This document shows, piece by piece, positions 50,034 to 62,631 of a stretch of 64,000 nucleotides of DNA. Origin of the DNA: Octopus sinensis (taxonomy: Eukaryota). Both the position numbers and the translations under genes were made by a program. Numbering within the stretch: the stretch's first letter is position 1; the number at the start of each line of letters is the position of its first letter. The notes beneath the pieces were generated by a model that was not told the DNA's origin, ran no database searches, and saw only the letters and a program-made list of their open reading frames with translations. The DNA lies in contig NC_043006.1 of assembly GCF_006345805.1 (NCBI RefSeq), positions 12,834,001-12,898,000 on the forward strand. The letters run 5' to 3'.

Positions 50034-50307
50034 TAAGCATTCCTGTTCTAATGTTTTTAAGCACGCAAAAAAAACTATGAAAGTAATCAACATTTAAAAC
50101 TCTCAGTTTATTCTAAACAATGCCTTATTATTGTAAATTTGATTAATGCTAAATTCTGAATATTTTGAAAGCCATTGACGATGTTTTCCTGTGATCCTTT
50201 ACTGCCCAACTACAAATATATATTTTTTTCATGCTTTGATAGCACACTAGACGGACGAACTTGTATAGCCTACCGTGCATTATCCAGTAAGAATTTTCCT
50301 AGCACAT

Positions 50308-50690
50308 TGGAAGCACTCCGTCAGTTACGACGATGAGGGTTCCGGTTGATCCGAATCAACGGAACAGCCTGCTCGTGAAATTAACGTGTAAATAGCTGAG
50401 CACTCCACAGACACGTGTACCCTTAACGTAGTTCTCGGGGATATTCAGCGTGACACAGAGAGTGACAAGGCCGGCCCTTTGAAATACAGGTACAACAGAA
50501 ACAGGAAGTAAGAGTGAGAGAAAGTTGTGGTGAAAGAGTACAGCAGGGATCACCACCATCTCCTGCCAGAGCCTCGTGGAGCTTTAGGTGTTTTCGCTCA
50601 ATAAACACTCACAACGCCCGGTCTGGGAATCGAAACCGCGATCCTATGACCGCGAGTCCGCTGCCCTAACCACTGGGCCATTGCACCTCC
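50308..50690 (-). mobile_element. SINE group A, tail type 1, full length
   Basis: TSD TCCTAGCACATT at 50297-50308 and 50693-50704. Confidence 0.95.
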
Positions 50691-52199
50691 ACTCCTAGCA
50701 CATTACGCGTGTATAGACAGGGTGCTATATGAAATTTTAATATTTAACTTTATATCAGAGTGAGGAGTGGAATTTTAGTGAGAAATTGAGGCGGGGACGG
50801 AATAATTTTCAAAACTATCTTGAATACGTCACAATGAATATGTTGTTAGAAAATCTGTTGTGTATAACATACTTTTGTTTGGGGTTAATATTGTTTTCAA
50901 TGCTGGCCATGTATTTTGGAGAATTCGTAGTCACTCCCTCCTCTGGCTATGATGATGTCTTTGAGAACACTGAAAAAGGCACCTAAGTTTTGTGGGCCTA
51001 CAAAATATTTCTAAGAATTTTCCGTAGCATATCGCTATTTTATGTATTCACTCCGTATAATATTATGACTGTTGTTCGAATATTCGTAAAGAAGTTCTCT
51101 GCATCCATGAAGGAAATGCAACCGACTTTGTCTGTTTCTTATAAAACTTTGAAGAACATCTCCGACGGACGTATTTGTGTGAGGTATATTTTTTTATAAT
51201 TCTCTCTAGTTGTTCACAAACTCGCTGAGTTCGAGCATTCATTAATCAGTATATACGACTTTGTGGTGCAAGATATATTCCGGACTAGACTTTAATTCTA
51301 TGTATTGAAAATTAATAGCTTCTATGTATGCGCTCAGTAATAATTAAATAATTGCCGTTAATTATATATTTGCTAGAGCTGCCTTTCTTAACTTTCAAGA
51401 ATATATAGTTATCACGTATCGGCTTCTTTCTAATATATTCACAAATGTTTATTATTTCAGATCATCCTTGTTGCTTTTGCGTATAAAATTTTTATCGTTG
51501 ACTTCTCAAATCCCCACGAGCTAGTTTGACTCTTCTTAAATACATTTTTGTTGTGTTTCAATATGCGCTGCCTTCCCATCTGAATATCTCTCGCGTATGC
51601 AATCAATTTTTATTATACTTTAATCACTAAGAATTTTGAATGAAGTAATTTGATCTGGGTTAAGAGTGTTCAGAGAGAGGATAACAAATTTATTCTTTAG
51701 TGTTATAAACATAGGTAAAGTTTTCTATAAAGTTTTCGACGTGGAAACGGGGTCGGTAATATAATATACGTATACGAACATGTATATATCGGATTGGGCA
51801 ACAGAACCACAGACTCAGCCTTATAAATTTACGGTAAAAAGTGTCATAACTCTAATTTACTCCCCCTTTAATTTTTTTTTTTTTTTTTGTGTTCCGGTCT
51901 TTCAGCCTTCTACGTTTGATATCAATTTGCTTCTCGCATTTTCTCGTTTTTTTTTTCACATCCGGTCGTCTTGTTTCAGCTTGTTATAGCATATGGGTAC
52001 AGCGTTGAGATTACGCGAAGGCACCAGGCGTGTTAAAGTGTGTTGTCTGAGATCTTTTCATCGCATGAAAGTATTAGTAGCACATAAAAACATATAGTGT
52101 GTTTATTGAATTGTGTGTGTGTGGTGTGTGTGTGTGTGGAGCATATGTGTGTGGGTGTGTGTATGTGTGTGTAACCAAATTACAATAGATGGTAGTGGA

Positions 52200-52583
52200 G
52201 TTTTTGTTTGTTCCTTCTCGAGCCATGGCCGGCTCATAAGGGCCGGTTTCCCGGTTTCCTTGGCGTATAGGTTCCCCACCTGGACGGGACGCCGGTCCGT
52301 CGCAGGTGAGCTGCAAGATACAAGAGGAAAGAGTGAGAGAAAGTTGTGGCGAAAGAGTCAGCAGAAGTTCGCCATAACCTTCTGCCTAAAGTATTTTGTC
52401 TAATAATAATCGTATTTTTAGTCCAAGAGAAAAACACCTAATAACATTTTTAACTCCAACCAAATGATTTGCAAAATTTCAATGGAAATATCACATAAAC
52501 ACACACATCGCCTGGTCTGAGATTCGAACCCGCGATGCCTTGACCGCGAGTCCGCTGCTCTAAACACTAGGCCATGTGCTTCA
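52200..52583 (-). mobile_element. SINE group A, tail type 3, interrupted by a 105 bp foreign segment
   Basis: Head at 52500-52583; CTTTCTCTCACTCT module; tail CCTGCGACGGACCGGCGTCCCGTCCAGG...GGAAACCGGCCC. Confidence 0.8.
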
Positions 52584-52859
52584 AAAAAAACAAAGAAAAA
52601 CAAGTGGAGAGAGTGACCCACACGGATCTAGAGTCTGTTGAGTGCAGTTCAATTGATGCAATGTTTGTACCCAGTTGAGACGCTGGGTATATTCATTCGA
52701 CCGTTTATGATTATACATACAACTGGAATATAAATCTGTGTTTACTTTAGTATGTACGTAACTGCTCTTCAATTACTGTTTGTACACGATAGCGATTTCA
52801 CCGACCCGACATTAAAGACCTGATTTGCTTGAATCCTGAATTTTATATATGTATATATA

Positions 52860-53235
52860 CGAGGTTTGATCAATAAGTATCAGGATTGTTGCCATAGTAA
52901 CTAAGTTAAAGCATGTGGAGTGAAGCCGCTTGGCAAACATTATGCTTCAGCTCTACTATGTATGTGCACCATGTTTAAAGTTCTAGCTCACTTTCAGTGT
53001 TTACAGCAGTGCTTGGAAGGAAGGTGTGATCGTAGGATTGACCACGACAGAGAAGGTGATCATGGTGATACTTGCTCAGAGGCCTACGCAAAGTTGCAGA
53101 ACATTAATGGGGAGGGGATTATGAACCGCACTAAAGTTTATGAGTGATTCAGACGTTTCCAAGATAGGCGAAAAGTGTTGATATTGACGAAAGTTCTGGG
53201 AGACCCGCAACCAGCAGAATAGAGAATAACATCTC
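52860..53235 (+). mobile_element. mariner 5' fragment
   Basis: TA-CGAGGTTTGATCAATAAG TIR-like start; GDTCSEAYAKLQNINGEGIMNRTKVYE*FRRFQD..SV..DESSGRPATS. Confidence 0.85.
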
Positions 53236-53775
53236 GATATTTATACACAATTATTACTTAAATTATTATTAATTTTTATGCATATGTTTACCCTAATAAT
53301 AATTTTACAATTAATTATAGCGTTAACTACTACATATTGTTTATTTTATACTTTTAAATGACTACCCAGAATATAGTATATTACTTAAATTCTATAAATA
53401 TATTTCCCCTTATATTTATTTGATACTTAATCATATGGTTTATTACTGTATTTAATTAATTGTAATATTATTATTGTTGATATTGACGTTCTGGGAGACC
53501 CGCAACCAGCAACCAGTAAAACAGAGAAAAACATTGCAGATATTTATTTATATTTACATATTTATACACATTTATTGCTCAGTTTTTTATAAATTTTTAT
53601 ACATATATTTACCCTAATAATAATATTACAATTAATTATAGCGTTAACTACTATATATTGTTTATTTTATACTTTTAAATGACCACCCAGAATATAGTAT
53701 ATTACTTAAATTCTTATAAATATATTTCCACTTATATTTATTTGATACTTAATCATACGGTTTATTACTGTATTT
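53177..53775. repeat. tandem duplication, ~300 bp unit
   Basis: GTTGATATTGACG..TTCTGGGAGACCCGCAACCAGC and AT-rich flank at 53177-53475 and 53476-53775. Confidence 0.9.
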
Positions 53776-54117
53776 TTCTTGTTCTTCTCTTTATACTTTT
53801 AATGTTTATCTATTGTATATTATACTATTTTATACTTAGTTTTCTAAACATACTTACTACCTTTCCCCACTTATAAAGTTCGCACTAAGTTTTTCTGTCA
53901 AACAATACGCAGCTGATTTAACACATAAAAATACAAAAATGTAATGGTATATCTTTTTTCTACTTCCGACAAGATTCAATTTTATAATGATATAATTATT
54001 TTAATTAATTCTTTGAATCGATGCCTATCTTTGTAATTAATGAATATAATTAATAATTTACTTATCTGTATTTTCTTATTTTTCTTATATATACATCACA
54101 CACACACACACACACAC

Positions 54118-54201
<84 letters not shown>

Positions 54202-54206
<5 letters not shown>

Positions 54207-54461
54207 TGCATGGCCTAGTGGTTAGGCAGTTGCACTCTAGATCGCTAGATCATGGGATCGATTCTCAAACCAGGGAGCGCGTTGTGTTCTTGAGCAAGAC
54301 GCTTCATATCAGGTTACTCCAGTATCCGCTTTCAATCGGGGGAGTATGTTGGCGTACTCGCCAAGCTAACGGGGTGGCGTTATTCAAAGGCCAAAACTAT
54401 GGAAAGTGCACGGTAATCAGCGATGTGTAACAACATCTGATAGCCTGGTTAATCACTTGAT
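54202..54461 (+). mobile_element. old SINE group A, tail type 2
   Basis: TGGCCTAGTGGTTAGG head; GGGGTGGCGTTATTCAAAGGC...CATCTGATAGCCTGG tail. Confidence 0.75.
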
Positions 54462-54810
54462 ATCTCTCCGTTTATATATGGATATGTGCATGTGTGTGTG
54501 AGTGTGTGTGTGTGTGCGTGGGTGTGCCTTTACACCACGAAATGATGAAGACAACAACATACATATATACTTGGATAACGATAATAAATTACAATAATAA
54601 ATTAGGATAACTTATTTAATAGAGACATTTTAGAATCACTATGAAAAAAAACAACATTATGATTGAAAACCACAGGGTTTCTCAACAACCAAGTTGTAAG
54701 ATTAAAAAAGATGAGGACGATGTATCGAAACCAAACTTAATCCATCTCGGTTCCTGTCAGCTGAGAGGACCGTCGAGGAACCACGGGATGAATAGGGAGG
54801 TTAAAAATAT

Positions 54811-54986
54811 ATGTTTCTTTATTACCCACAAGGGGGTAAACATAGAAGGGACAAACAAGGACAGACAAATGGATTAAGTTGATTACATCGACTCCAGTGT
54901 GTAATTTATCGACCCCGAAAGGATGAAAGGCAAAGTGGACCTCGGCGGAATTTGAACTCAGAACGTAATGGCAGACGAAATACGAG
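54811..54986 (-). mobile_element. SINE group C, 5'-truncated
   Basis: 14-bp TSD GAGGTTAAAAATAT at 54797-54810 and 54987-55000. Confidence 0.92.
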
Positions 54987-55197
54987 GAGGTTAAAAATAT
55001 GTTTGAATGTATGTTTAAAAAATCAACGATATTACTGAGGGAAAACCACTTTAGGGAGCGTCTTACATATTAAGTGCCCAGTATGTAAATGAGCTGGTGA
55101 ACGTGTGAAAATCTCATTTTGGATGTCAATAAACATTACGATTCAATAAAGGGATATCCTCCCCACCGTGTATATTGAATTTTATAGTAATTATGTC

Positions 55198-55597
55198 TAA
55201 TAATCCTTTCTACTATGGGCACAAGTCCTGAAATTTTGAGTGAGGGGACTAGTCAATTACATCGACCCCAAAACTCAACTGGTACCTAATTTATCTACCC
55301 CGAAAGTATGAAAGGCAAAGTTAACCTCGGCGGAATTTGAACTCAACGTAACGGCAGACGAAATACATATTTCTTTACTACCCACAAGGGACTAAATACA
55401 GAGAAGACAAACAAGACAGACAAATGGATTAAGTCGATTATATCGACCCCAGTGCGTAACTCGTACTTATTTAATCGACCCCGAAAGGATGAAAGGCAAA
55501 GTCGACCTCGGCGGAATTTGAACTGAGAACGTAGCGGCAGACGAAACACCGCTAGGTATTTCGCCCGGCGTGCTAATGTTGCTGCCCGCTCGCCAGC
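55198..55597 (-). mobile_element. SINE group C dimer with two different tails
   Basis: Full copy 55366-55597 followed (element sense) by a truncated copy with the AGTAGAAAGGATTATT tail; TAATTATGTCTAATAATCC on both sides. Confidence 0.85.
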
Positions 55598-55799
55598 TTA
55601 ATTATGTCTAATAATCCTTTCTACTAAAGGCACATTTTTTTGTCTAATAATAATCGTACTTTCAGTCCAAGAGAAAACACCTAATAACATTTTTAACTCC
55701 AATCAAATGATTGGCAAAATTTCAATGGAAATATTACATAAAAATTTTCGAATACATTTGGGTATAAATCCGAATATGCATAAAACAGCGGCACTTTCT

Positions 55800-56171
55800 T
55801 TGTTTGTTTGTTTGTTGAGCGAAGCGGTCTTTTCTGAAGTGGGAGAAGTCCGAAACATGGTCCTTTGCTATTCGTAAGACCCGCAGAAGAGAAAGCAGGT
55901 CAACCCCTGACACCAAGAGGATCGACGGATGGATGAATGCACATCCAGGCTCAGCGGTTGCGTAGGAAGTCGGGGACAAGAAACAGGAAGAAAGAGTGAG
56001 AGAAAGTTGGAGCGAAAGAGTACAACAGGGGTCACCACCACCCCTGCCGGAGCCTCGTGGAGCTTTAGTTGTTTTCGCTCAATAAACACACACAACGCCC
56101 GGTCTGGGAATCGAAACCGCGATCCTCCGACTGCGAGTCCGCTGCCCTAACCATTGGGCCATTGCGCCTCC
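55800..56171 (-). mobile_element. SINE group A, tail type 4
   Basis: A head and central module, unique 3' part (GCAACCGCTGAGCCTGGATGTGC...), (CAAA)n tail, GCACTTTC on both sides. Confidence 0.8.
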
Positions 56172-57029
56172 ACTGCACTTTCCTTTGTTTAGAGTGTTTA
56201 ATACGTCTATGCAATTTCAATCGATTTCGTACTGTCTCCCATCATATGAGTAACGGAAGAATTATATAATATAAATTAGCAATAGATGTGTGAATGAATC
56301 ATGTGCGTATAAATTTATATAAGCTACAGTGTAAAATTTGCTGAAAGTAGGTAAGAAGACAGACTAGTAGCAGATAAAGATGAAAATGTATATTGTCGGG
56401 AAAAAGCAAATTAGTCACCGAATTCCAATTTCAGGTGAGTTTCGAAGTTAATTATATTCCGGATGTATTTTGCTTGAACAAATTGATTTTAACGGTTGTG
56501 TAGCTACTTGAAGCAATACATGGATATACGATAGCATTTCTTAGTATGAAAAGTGTTAAATTGACACTGTATTCTATTCGTTGCTTATCATAAAATGTAC
56601 CCAAATAGCGAAGTTGAGAGTGATTAATCATGTCAACTTAACGAGAGACAAAAGAGAAAATGGCGTCAACGCATCTAAAATTTTGCAGAAGAATGTAAAG
56701 AAAATAAAGAAATAACAAAACCTATTTCGTCTGTTAAACTTCCCTATTTTAATATAGTGTAAACCATTAGATTTGTTAAATTTCCTATAATGGGGAATAC
56801 ACACCCTCAGATATCCCGCTTATACACACCCTCTAATATCTGTGTTTTTATAAGAGAATTAAGAAATCATTAGACGGCGAGCTGGGTGAATCATTGGTGC
56901 ATCGGACGAAATGCTTAGCATTTATGCATATAAATATATACACACATGTGTGTATTTGTATTCACTTACATATATACATATGCAGATATTTATGTATATA
57001 CACACATATATATATATATACATATAAAA

Positions 57030-57079
<50 letters not shown>

Positions 57080-59087
57080 ATACTTACACATACAGATATA
57101 CTCAAACACACACATGCACAGAAGCATATATATATATATACATAATATACACACGTATATACATAAAAGAGGAGAGAGAAAGAAAGCGAGAACGAAAGTG
57201 ATGTGTGTAGCAAGTCTAAGAAACTCAAATGTGAATAGTGTTTGAGTATCACAAATAACGTTCAAAGTCGTAATATTTAAAGTTTTTCATTAAGTAACAA
57301 TCGATTTCCGATATGATTTTTCAGTTAAGCAGAGAAAACTAGTTGCAGTGCTGGAAAGCAGAAAGCTGCAAAATATGACATTAGTCGATCACAACTTAAA
57401 TTTACCGATAGCAACAATGGCCGACACGTAACAAATGCAACGGTACTCCAGCCACCTTGTTGTTACCACAAAGATTGTTTCGGCTAGAATTTCCGTCAAA
57501 AGGATTTCTAGTACATTGATTTTGGATCTCAGCATAAATAGTTTCTGATCACTGATTATGTGTCTCGAATTGATTTCTCCCAAGTGACACACTTACAAAA
57601 CAAAATTCATTTGATAACGAACAAAACGCTAAAACCAGATAATCTACACTAATATGTTAGGAAAAGAATCAAATGAATAAATATTGCTACAGCAACAGCG
57701 CAATGGAAGCAGATCAGAAGGGAATTATGTTTAGAAAAAAAAGGAAGAGAAAAAGGAACAAGTGTAACAGAAAAAAGAAACCAACACATACTAACGCTAA
57801 TGAACAAATTAATTTAATCATATACTATAAAAGAAATACGTAGTTCAGGAATGTCATTATTAGCATTAATTGAACAAAAAATAAATATAAATTATGAAAG
57901 AAGTCGACAGAAATTGTTGACCCCACAATTCCCGCATGACAATTACTAGTGCTATAAAATTGGTGATGGGAGTTGTTTGAGATATATAGGCGCCTTTCTC
58001 TGTGCTTCGATCTGTATAGAGAAAGAAGTGTATTTAATAATAATAAAACAGAAAAAATATTACAGTTCATTGACATCAAAGAGAATTGAGTTGAGACAAA
58101 AAACATTGGTAAGCACATAATTATGTAGTAATATCGAGGGAAAATAAGTGAGTGTTGTTTTGCTTTGTATTATTCATTATTTTCACACTTATTCAAAATT
58201 TTAAATAATTGATTTCCCGGTGAAGAAGGAAATCGTAACCACCAAATTTGAGTATGAACGATAAGTTGTGGCATAAGCAAATAATATATCTAGAGATTTA
58301 TCTTACAAGATAGTGAACACATGAAAGAAAGTAGCAAATAGCAGTTTGACTGGCTGACGTTTTATGCATTTAAATAACAGTTTGACTCATATCTATATAA
58401 AGTACGGTTTCGTGAGCGCGCGGAACATGTCTATATCATCAGATGTTCAAACGGCGAACGTCTGATGGGAAGTACGTTTTATGTGGAGCTTCTGTAACTA
58501 ACTATATCAGTACGAATAAATTAATGATAGGATGTGAATGCAGCAGGTCAGTATAGTAGAACAGCCAACCTTCCCTAAAGGACATTGGATTGTCTTAAAC
58601 ACGGTTTGATATATCAGATTAAAATAAGCAGTTGGAAAAGATACGATAAAACATGACATAAACGCCTTCAATTTTACATATTTTTTTGAGCCAAACTACC
58701 CGAGGGAAAGGCATATTTGATATATAATATAGAGAGGTGATGCTAAAACGGAGACTCATCTCACGGTAGCCACGGTGATAAACAGTGGCTACCGAATGAC
58801 TATTATCACAATAGATTAAAATAAAATGAAATCGTGCATTCGCGAATTTCTGAAATGATTTAATAATAAGTGACAGGAAACTACTTAAACACTTGCTGCA
58901 AAAAGACATTTAAATATTGAACGATAATCAATACAAAAGAAGCCTAAACTTTTCCGCATGGCTCATTGAACTTGAAAAATATTATCTGTGTGTTTTTAAT
59001 TTCTCTCCAGACTTACTTTAACTTGTCTCTCTCCTCGACTCCTTGTCCAAATACTTAAATAGTTACCGTAATATTCTACCTGGTGTA

Positions 59088-59302
59088 AGGTGGCGGGCTA
59101 GCAGAATCGTAATCACGCCGGAAAAAATGCTTAGCAGCAATTTATCCGTCAGGTTCTGAGTCCAAACTAAACCGAGTTCAATTTTACCTTTCATCCATTC
59201 GGGGTGGATAGAATAAGTACTAGTCGAACACTGGGGTCGATATAGTTTACTTATACATGCCTCGAACATGCAGGCTTTGTGCCAAAATTTAAAACCAATA
59301 TT
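59088..59302 (+). mobile_element. SINE group C, diverged
   Basis: GGTGGCGGGCTAGCAGAATCG head; AATATTCTACCTGG on both sides. Confidence 0.85.
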
Positions 59303-60533
59303 CTACCTGGATTAAGTCGGCTATAAACTTCAATTCTAGGTTGCTGAAGTAAAATACCACTCAAGTATCTATTATACTCTCTTTGTAAAACAGCAGGCAT
59401 TCCGTAAGAATTTGAAACCATAAATTTTCGGCATAAAATGATGAATTATAGCATCGCTGTTTGCAGGTTCCCAATAGATTATTCTGGCAATAGAGCAGAA
59501 AAAAGAGAGACAAACTCGATGAAAGAGACAAGGCAGATTCTTCGAAATTCTTGCCTGTCTTTATGCTCATACAAACATATGTGTATTTTGTGTTTACGCA
59601 CACACAATTATATATATATGTATCTCTCTTTCTCTCTCTCTCTCACTCTCTGGATTTTACTCTCTGGCTTCCCTCTCTCTCTCTCCGCATGTATGTATAC
59701 ACACACACACACACACACACACACGCACGAACGCATACACATACACAAACAGACAAGGACGAGGAGTGCTGAAGAGTTCCTGACTTTGGGTAAAAGAAAA
59801 TACTGGAGTATCAGTTAATTTATTCACCATATCACCACTTCAGGTTCATACACTTATTCGAGCGTATATATCTACCGCATCAAAATATGCACTGCAAGTG
59901 CTCCAAAAATATGGTATAACTCATGTCTACTTGAGAATTTCCGGAAAGATGGAAGAAGAAAACACTCACACACACACACGCATACTTATATATGTATTTA
60001 TATACATATAAATATTACACAGTACACACAAACACACATACACTTATAATCTGAAATGTCGCAAGGGAAATGATTTAATGTGGTTAGTGACATATATTTA
60101 AACAATACAGAGAAGTGAATATTGAAATACCATACATGTTAAAGACTTAATTTCTTGATATGCTGCTTGCATCCAAAGCAGGCAGAAAAATCACTTGGTG
60201 GTTATTGGGAGCAACGTCTAATGCGAAGAAATAAATTATCTCAAGAATCATGATTTCTCAGAAATTGATACATCATTATATAACCAGGCAGTTGGATTGT
60301 TTGTAGACATGAGGACAGCTGGGAACACATATTTCTTTATCAGTAGGTATCACGGACAGAAACTTAAGCATCTGTAAGGCTATGAGACTAAGAAGTTCGC
60401 TTCGCAGCTACATTGTTCCACATTCGATCCAAACAGCACAGAGCCCTAAGAAGTGTCTTCCACTATTGCCAAGGCTTCACTCATGGTTTGCCAGTGGACA
60501 CTATTTGACGGAAACTGCGACATGCATGATCGT

Positions 60534-60603
<70 letters not shown>

Positions 60604-60604
60604 T

Positions 60605-60885
60605 TGGATCTCCCGTCGTTAAACAACAGATGAGGGTCCGGCAATTTCCTGCTGAACAACCACACGGATGATTTGTTAATAGTGATCAAATGTTTGTACT
60701 CATATAAGCTCTCTTTCTCTCCCTCCATCAAATCGACATGACCTGTACTGGTGCACCATGTACCACATGTCAGATGGCTAAGTGATCGCAGAGCAAGGTG
60801 AAATGAAGTGCTTTGATCAAGAACACAACACAACGTCCAGACTGGGAATCGAATCTGAAATCTCGCACTCGTGAGTGCGATTTAG
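60605..60885 (-). mobile_element. old SINE A-related copy, tail type 5
   Basis: GATTCGATTCCCAGTCTGGACGTTGTG B-box region; tail homologous to 41313-41545. Confidence 0.7.
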
Positions 60886-61009
60886 AGTTATGCATAGACA
60901 TAGATAAACATAACTACCTTCCCATGTATATACATATACACTCATATACATACACGCACACATATCTAGTTACACAGCTACAAACATATCTACATACATA
61001 TATAATACA

Positions 61010-61097
61010 TACATAAATACATACATACATACATACATACATACATACATACATACATACATACATACATACATACATACATACATACATACATACA

Positions 61098-61133
<36 letters not shown>

Positions 61134-61150
61134 CATACATATACATACAT
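61010..61150. repeat. (TACA)n microsatellite
   Basis: Long near-pure tetranucleotide tract; similar tracts at 40130-40235 and 45890-45935. Confidence 0.95.
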
Positions 61151-61194
61151 ATGCACATGCATACACACATACTTACATATATTCATTCATACAT

Positions 61195-61476
61195 GGAAAA
61201 TCAGGAATCTTTTACGTGTGATTTGTGGGAGGAAATATTTGAGTCATATAGGTATGATTAGCCATGAGATAACTCACAGGAGCGAACCCCTTGCAAATTA
61301 TGATACAGCTATTGTTCACAAAAGAACATGTGGAACGTGTGGAAAGGTGTACCATTCAATTTCATGATTGAAAAAACATGCCAAAAGATTTCATATAGTA
61401 GCACCTGTTTCTTCTGACATCAAACCCACCTGTGCATTATGCAATAGAATGTGCAAATATTTGGTCGAACTCAAGA
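61195..61476 (+). pseudogene. three degenerate C2H2-like zinc fingers, probably a LINE C-terminus
   Basis: FTCDL.GRKYLSHIGMISHEITH, CGTCGKVYHSIS*LKKHAKRFH, CALCNRMCKYLVELKS; one frameshift and one stop. Confidence 0.6.
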
Positions 61477-62250
61477 GTCTCCTTCAACCAATTAATATCA
61501 TGAAAAGAAAGAAATGGGCTAAGGAGATGTCAGAAAAATCCAGTTCAATTTGGGATAGAGGGATTTTCTCAGATGAATCCATATTTGCATTATTTTCAGG
61601 CAGAGGACGTGATTGGGACTGGAGGCTTCATAATCAAGAATTTGATTTGAAACGATTCCAACCAACTGTGAAACATGGAGGTATCCCTGTAATGGTATGG
61701 GGAACTGTCACCAGCAATGGTCGTTCTGAGCTGATCGAATGTGTTGGAACCATAAACTCTGAAAAATACATCGAAATACTTAAGCAGTGACTACTTCCGA
61801 TGTATTCACAAGATAATATAACGAAAGTTGAGTTTTTATTCATGGAAGATGGGGCTCTATGCCACACAGCAAAAAAGGAGTCAACAATGGGCTGACTGAA
61901 ACTAGGATCAAAAAGCGTCTTTCGCCGAGCCAATCTCCTGACATGAACCCAATTGAAAATCTTTGAAGCATACAAGATAGAGCTTAACGAAAACTTGACA
62001 GACACATAAATCTAAAGATGAATTGTTTCGATTGTTGCGTGAAAAGTGGGCAGAAATTCCACAAGAGACAATCACAAAGCTCATCAGTTCAATGCCAAAA
62101 TGAGTTTCTGAATTAAAAACTGCAAAGGGAATGTCAACTAAATACTAAAGTATGTAGTCCTACCGATCGATTACATTTTATTTGTTCACTTTGCGTATTA
62201 AATAAAAGATTTTGAAAATTAAAGTTGTCTATTTACTTCCTGCATATCTG
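61477..62250 (+). pseudogene. Tc1-family transposase, catalytic half and right end
   Basis: KRKKWAKE..IFSDESIF..PTVKHGGIPVMVWG, FMEDGALCHTAK, QSPDMNPIENL, STKY* at 62148; ends CTG-TA. Confidence 0.9.
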
Positions 62251-62256
62251 TATACA

Positions 62257-62291
<35 letters not shown>

Positions 62292-62310
62292 CACACACAC
62301 AAACACACAC

Positions 62311-62386
<76 letters not shown>

Positions 62387-62389
62387 ATA

Positions 62390-62560
62390 TTGGCCACTAC
62401 TCACATTGTTTTCTCTCCTTGTTTTTCTCTCCTTGTTTCTCTCCTTGTTTTTTTCTGTGTCCCTTTCTGTAGAAGAACGTAGGCTCGAAACGTAAAAGAC
62501 TTTATCTATTCTTGAGCGTTATACTAATACATCTCTTTGTTTTGTACACAACCTGTAAAC
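62390..62560 (+). mobile_element. Penelope-like terminal (pLTR-type) fragment
   Basis: Same architecture as 25862-26065; inside TA repeats. Confidence 0.6.
62463..62498 (+). ncRNA. degenerate minimal hammerhead ribozyme motif
   Basis: CTTT / CTGTAGA A / GAAC-GTAG-GCTC / GAAA / CGT A / AAAG; stem I CTTT:AAAG; A6 is T and stem II has one mismatch. Confidence 0.55.
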
Positions 62561-62587
62561 TCTCCCTATATATATATATATATTAAT

Positions 62588-62631
<44 letters not shown>

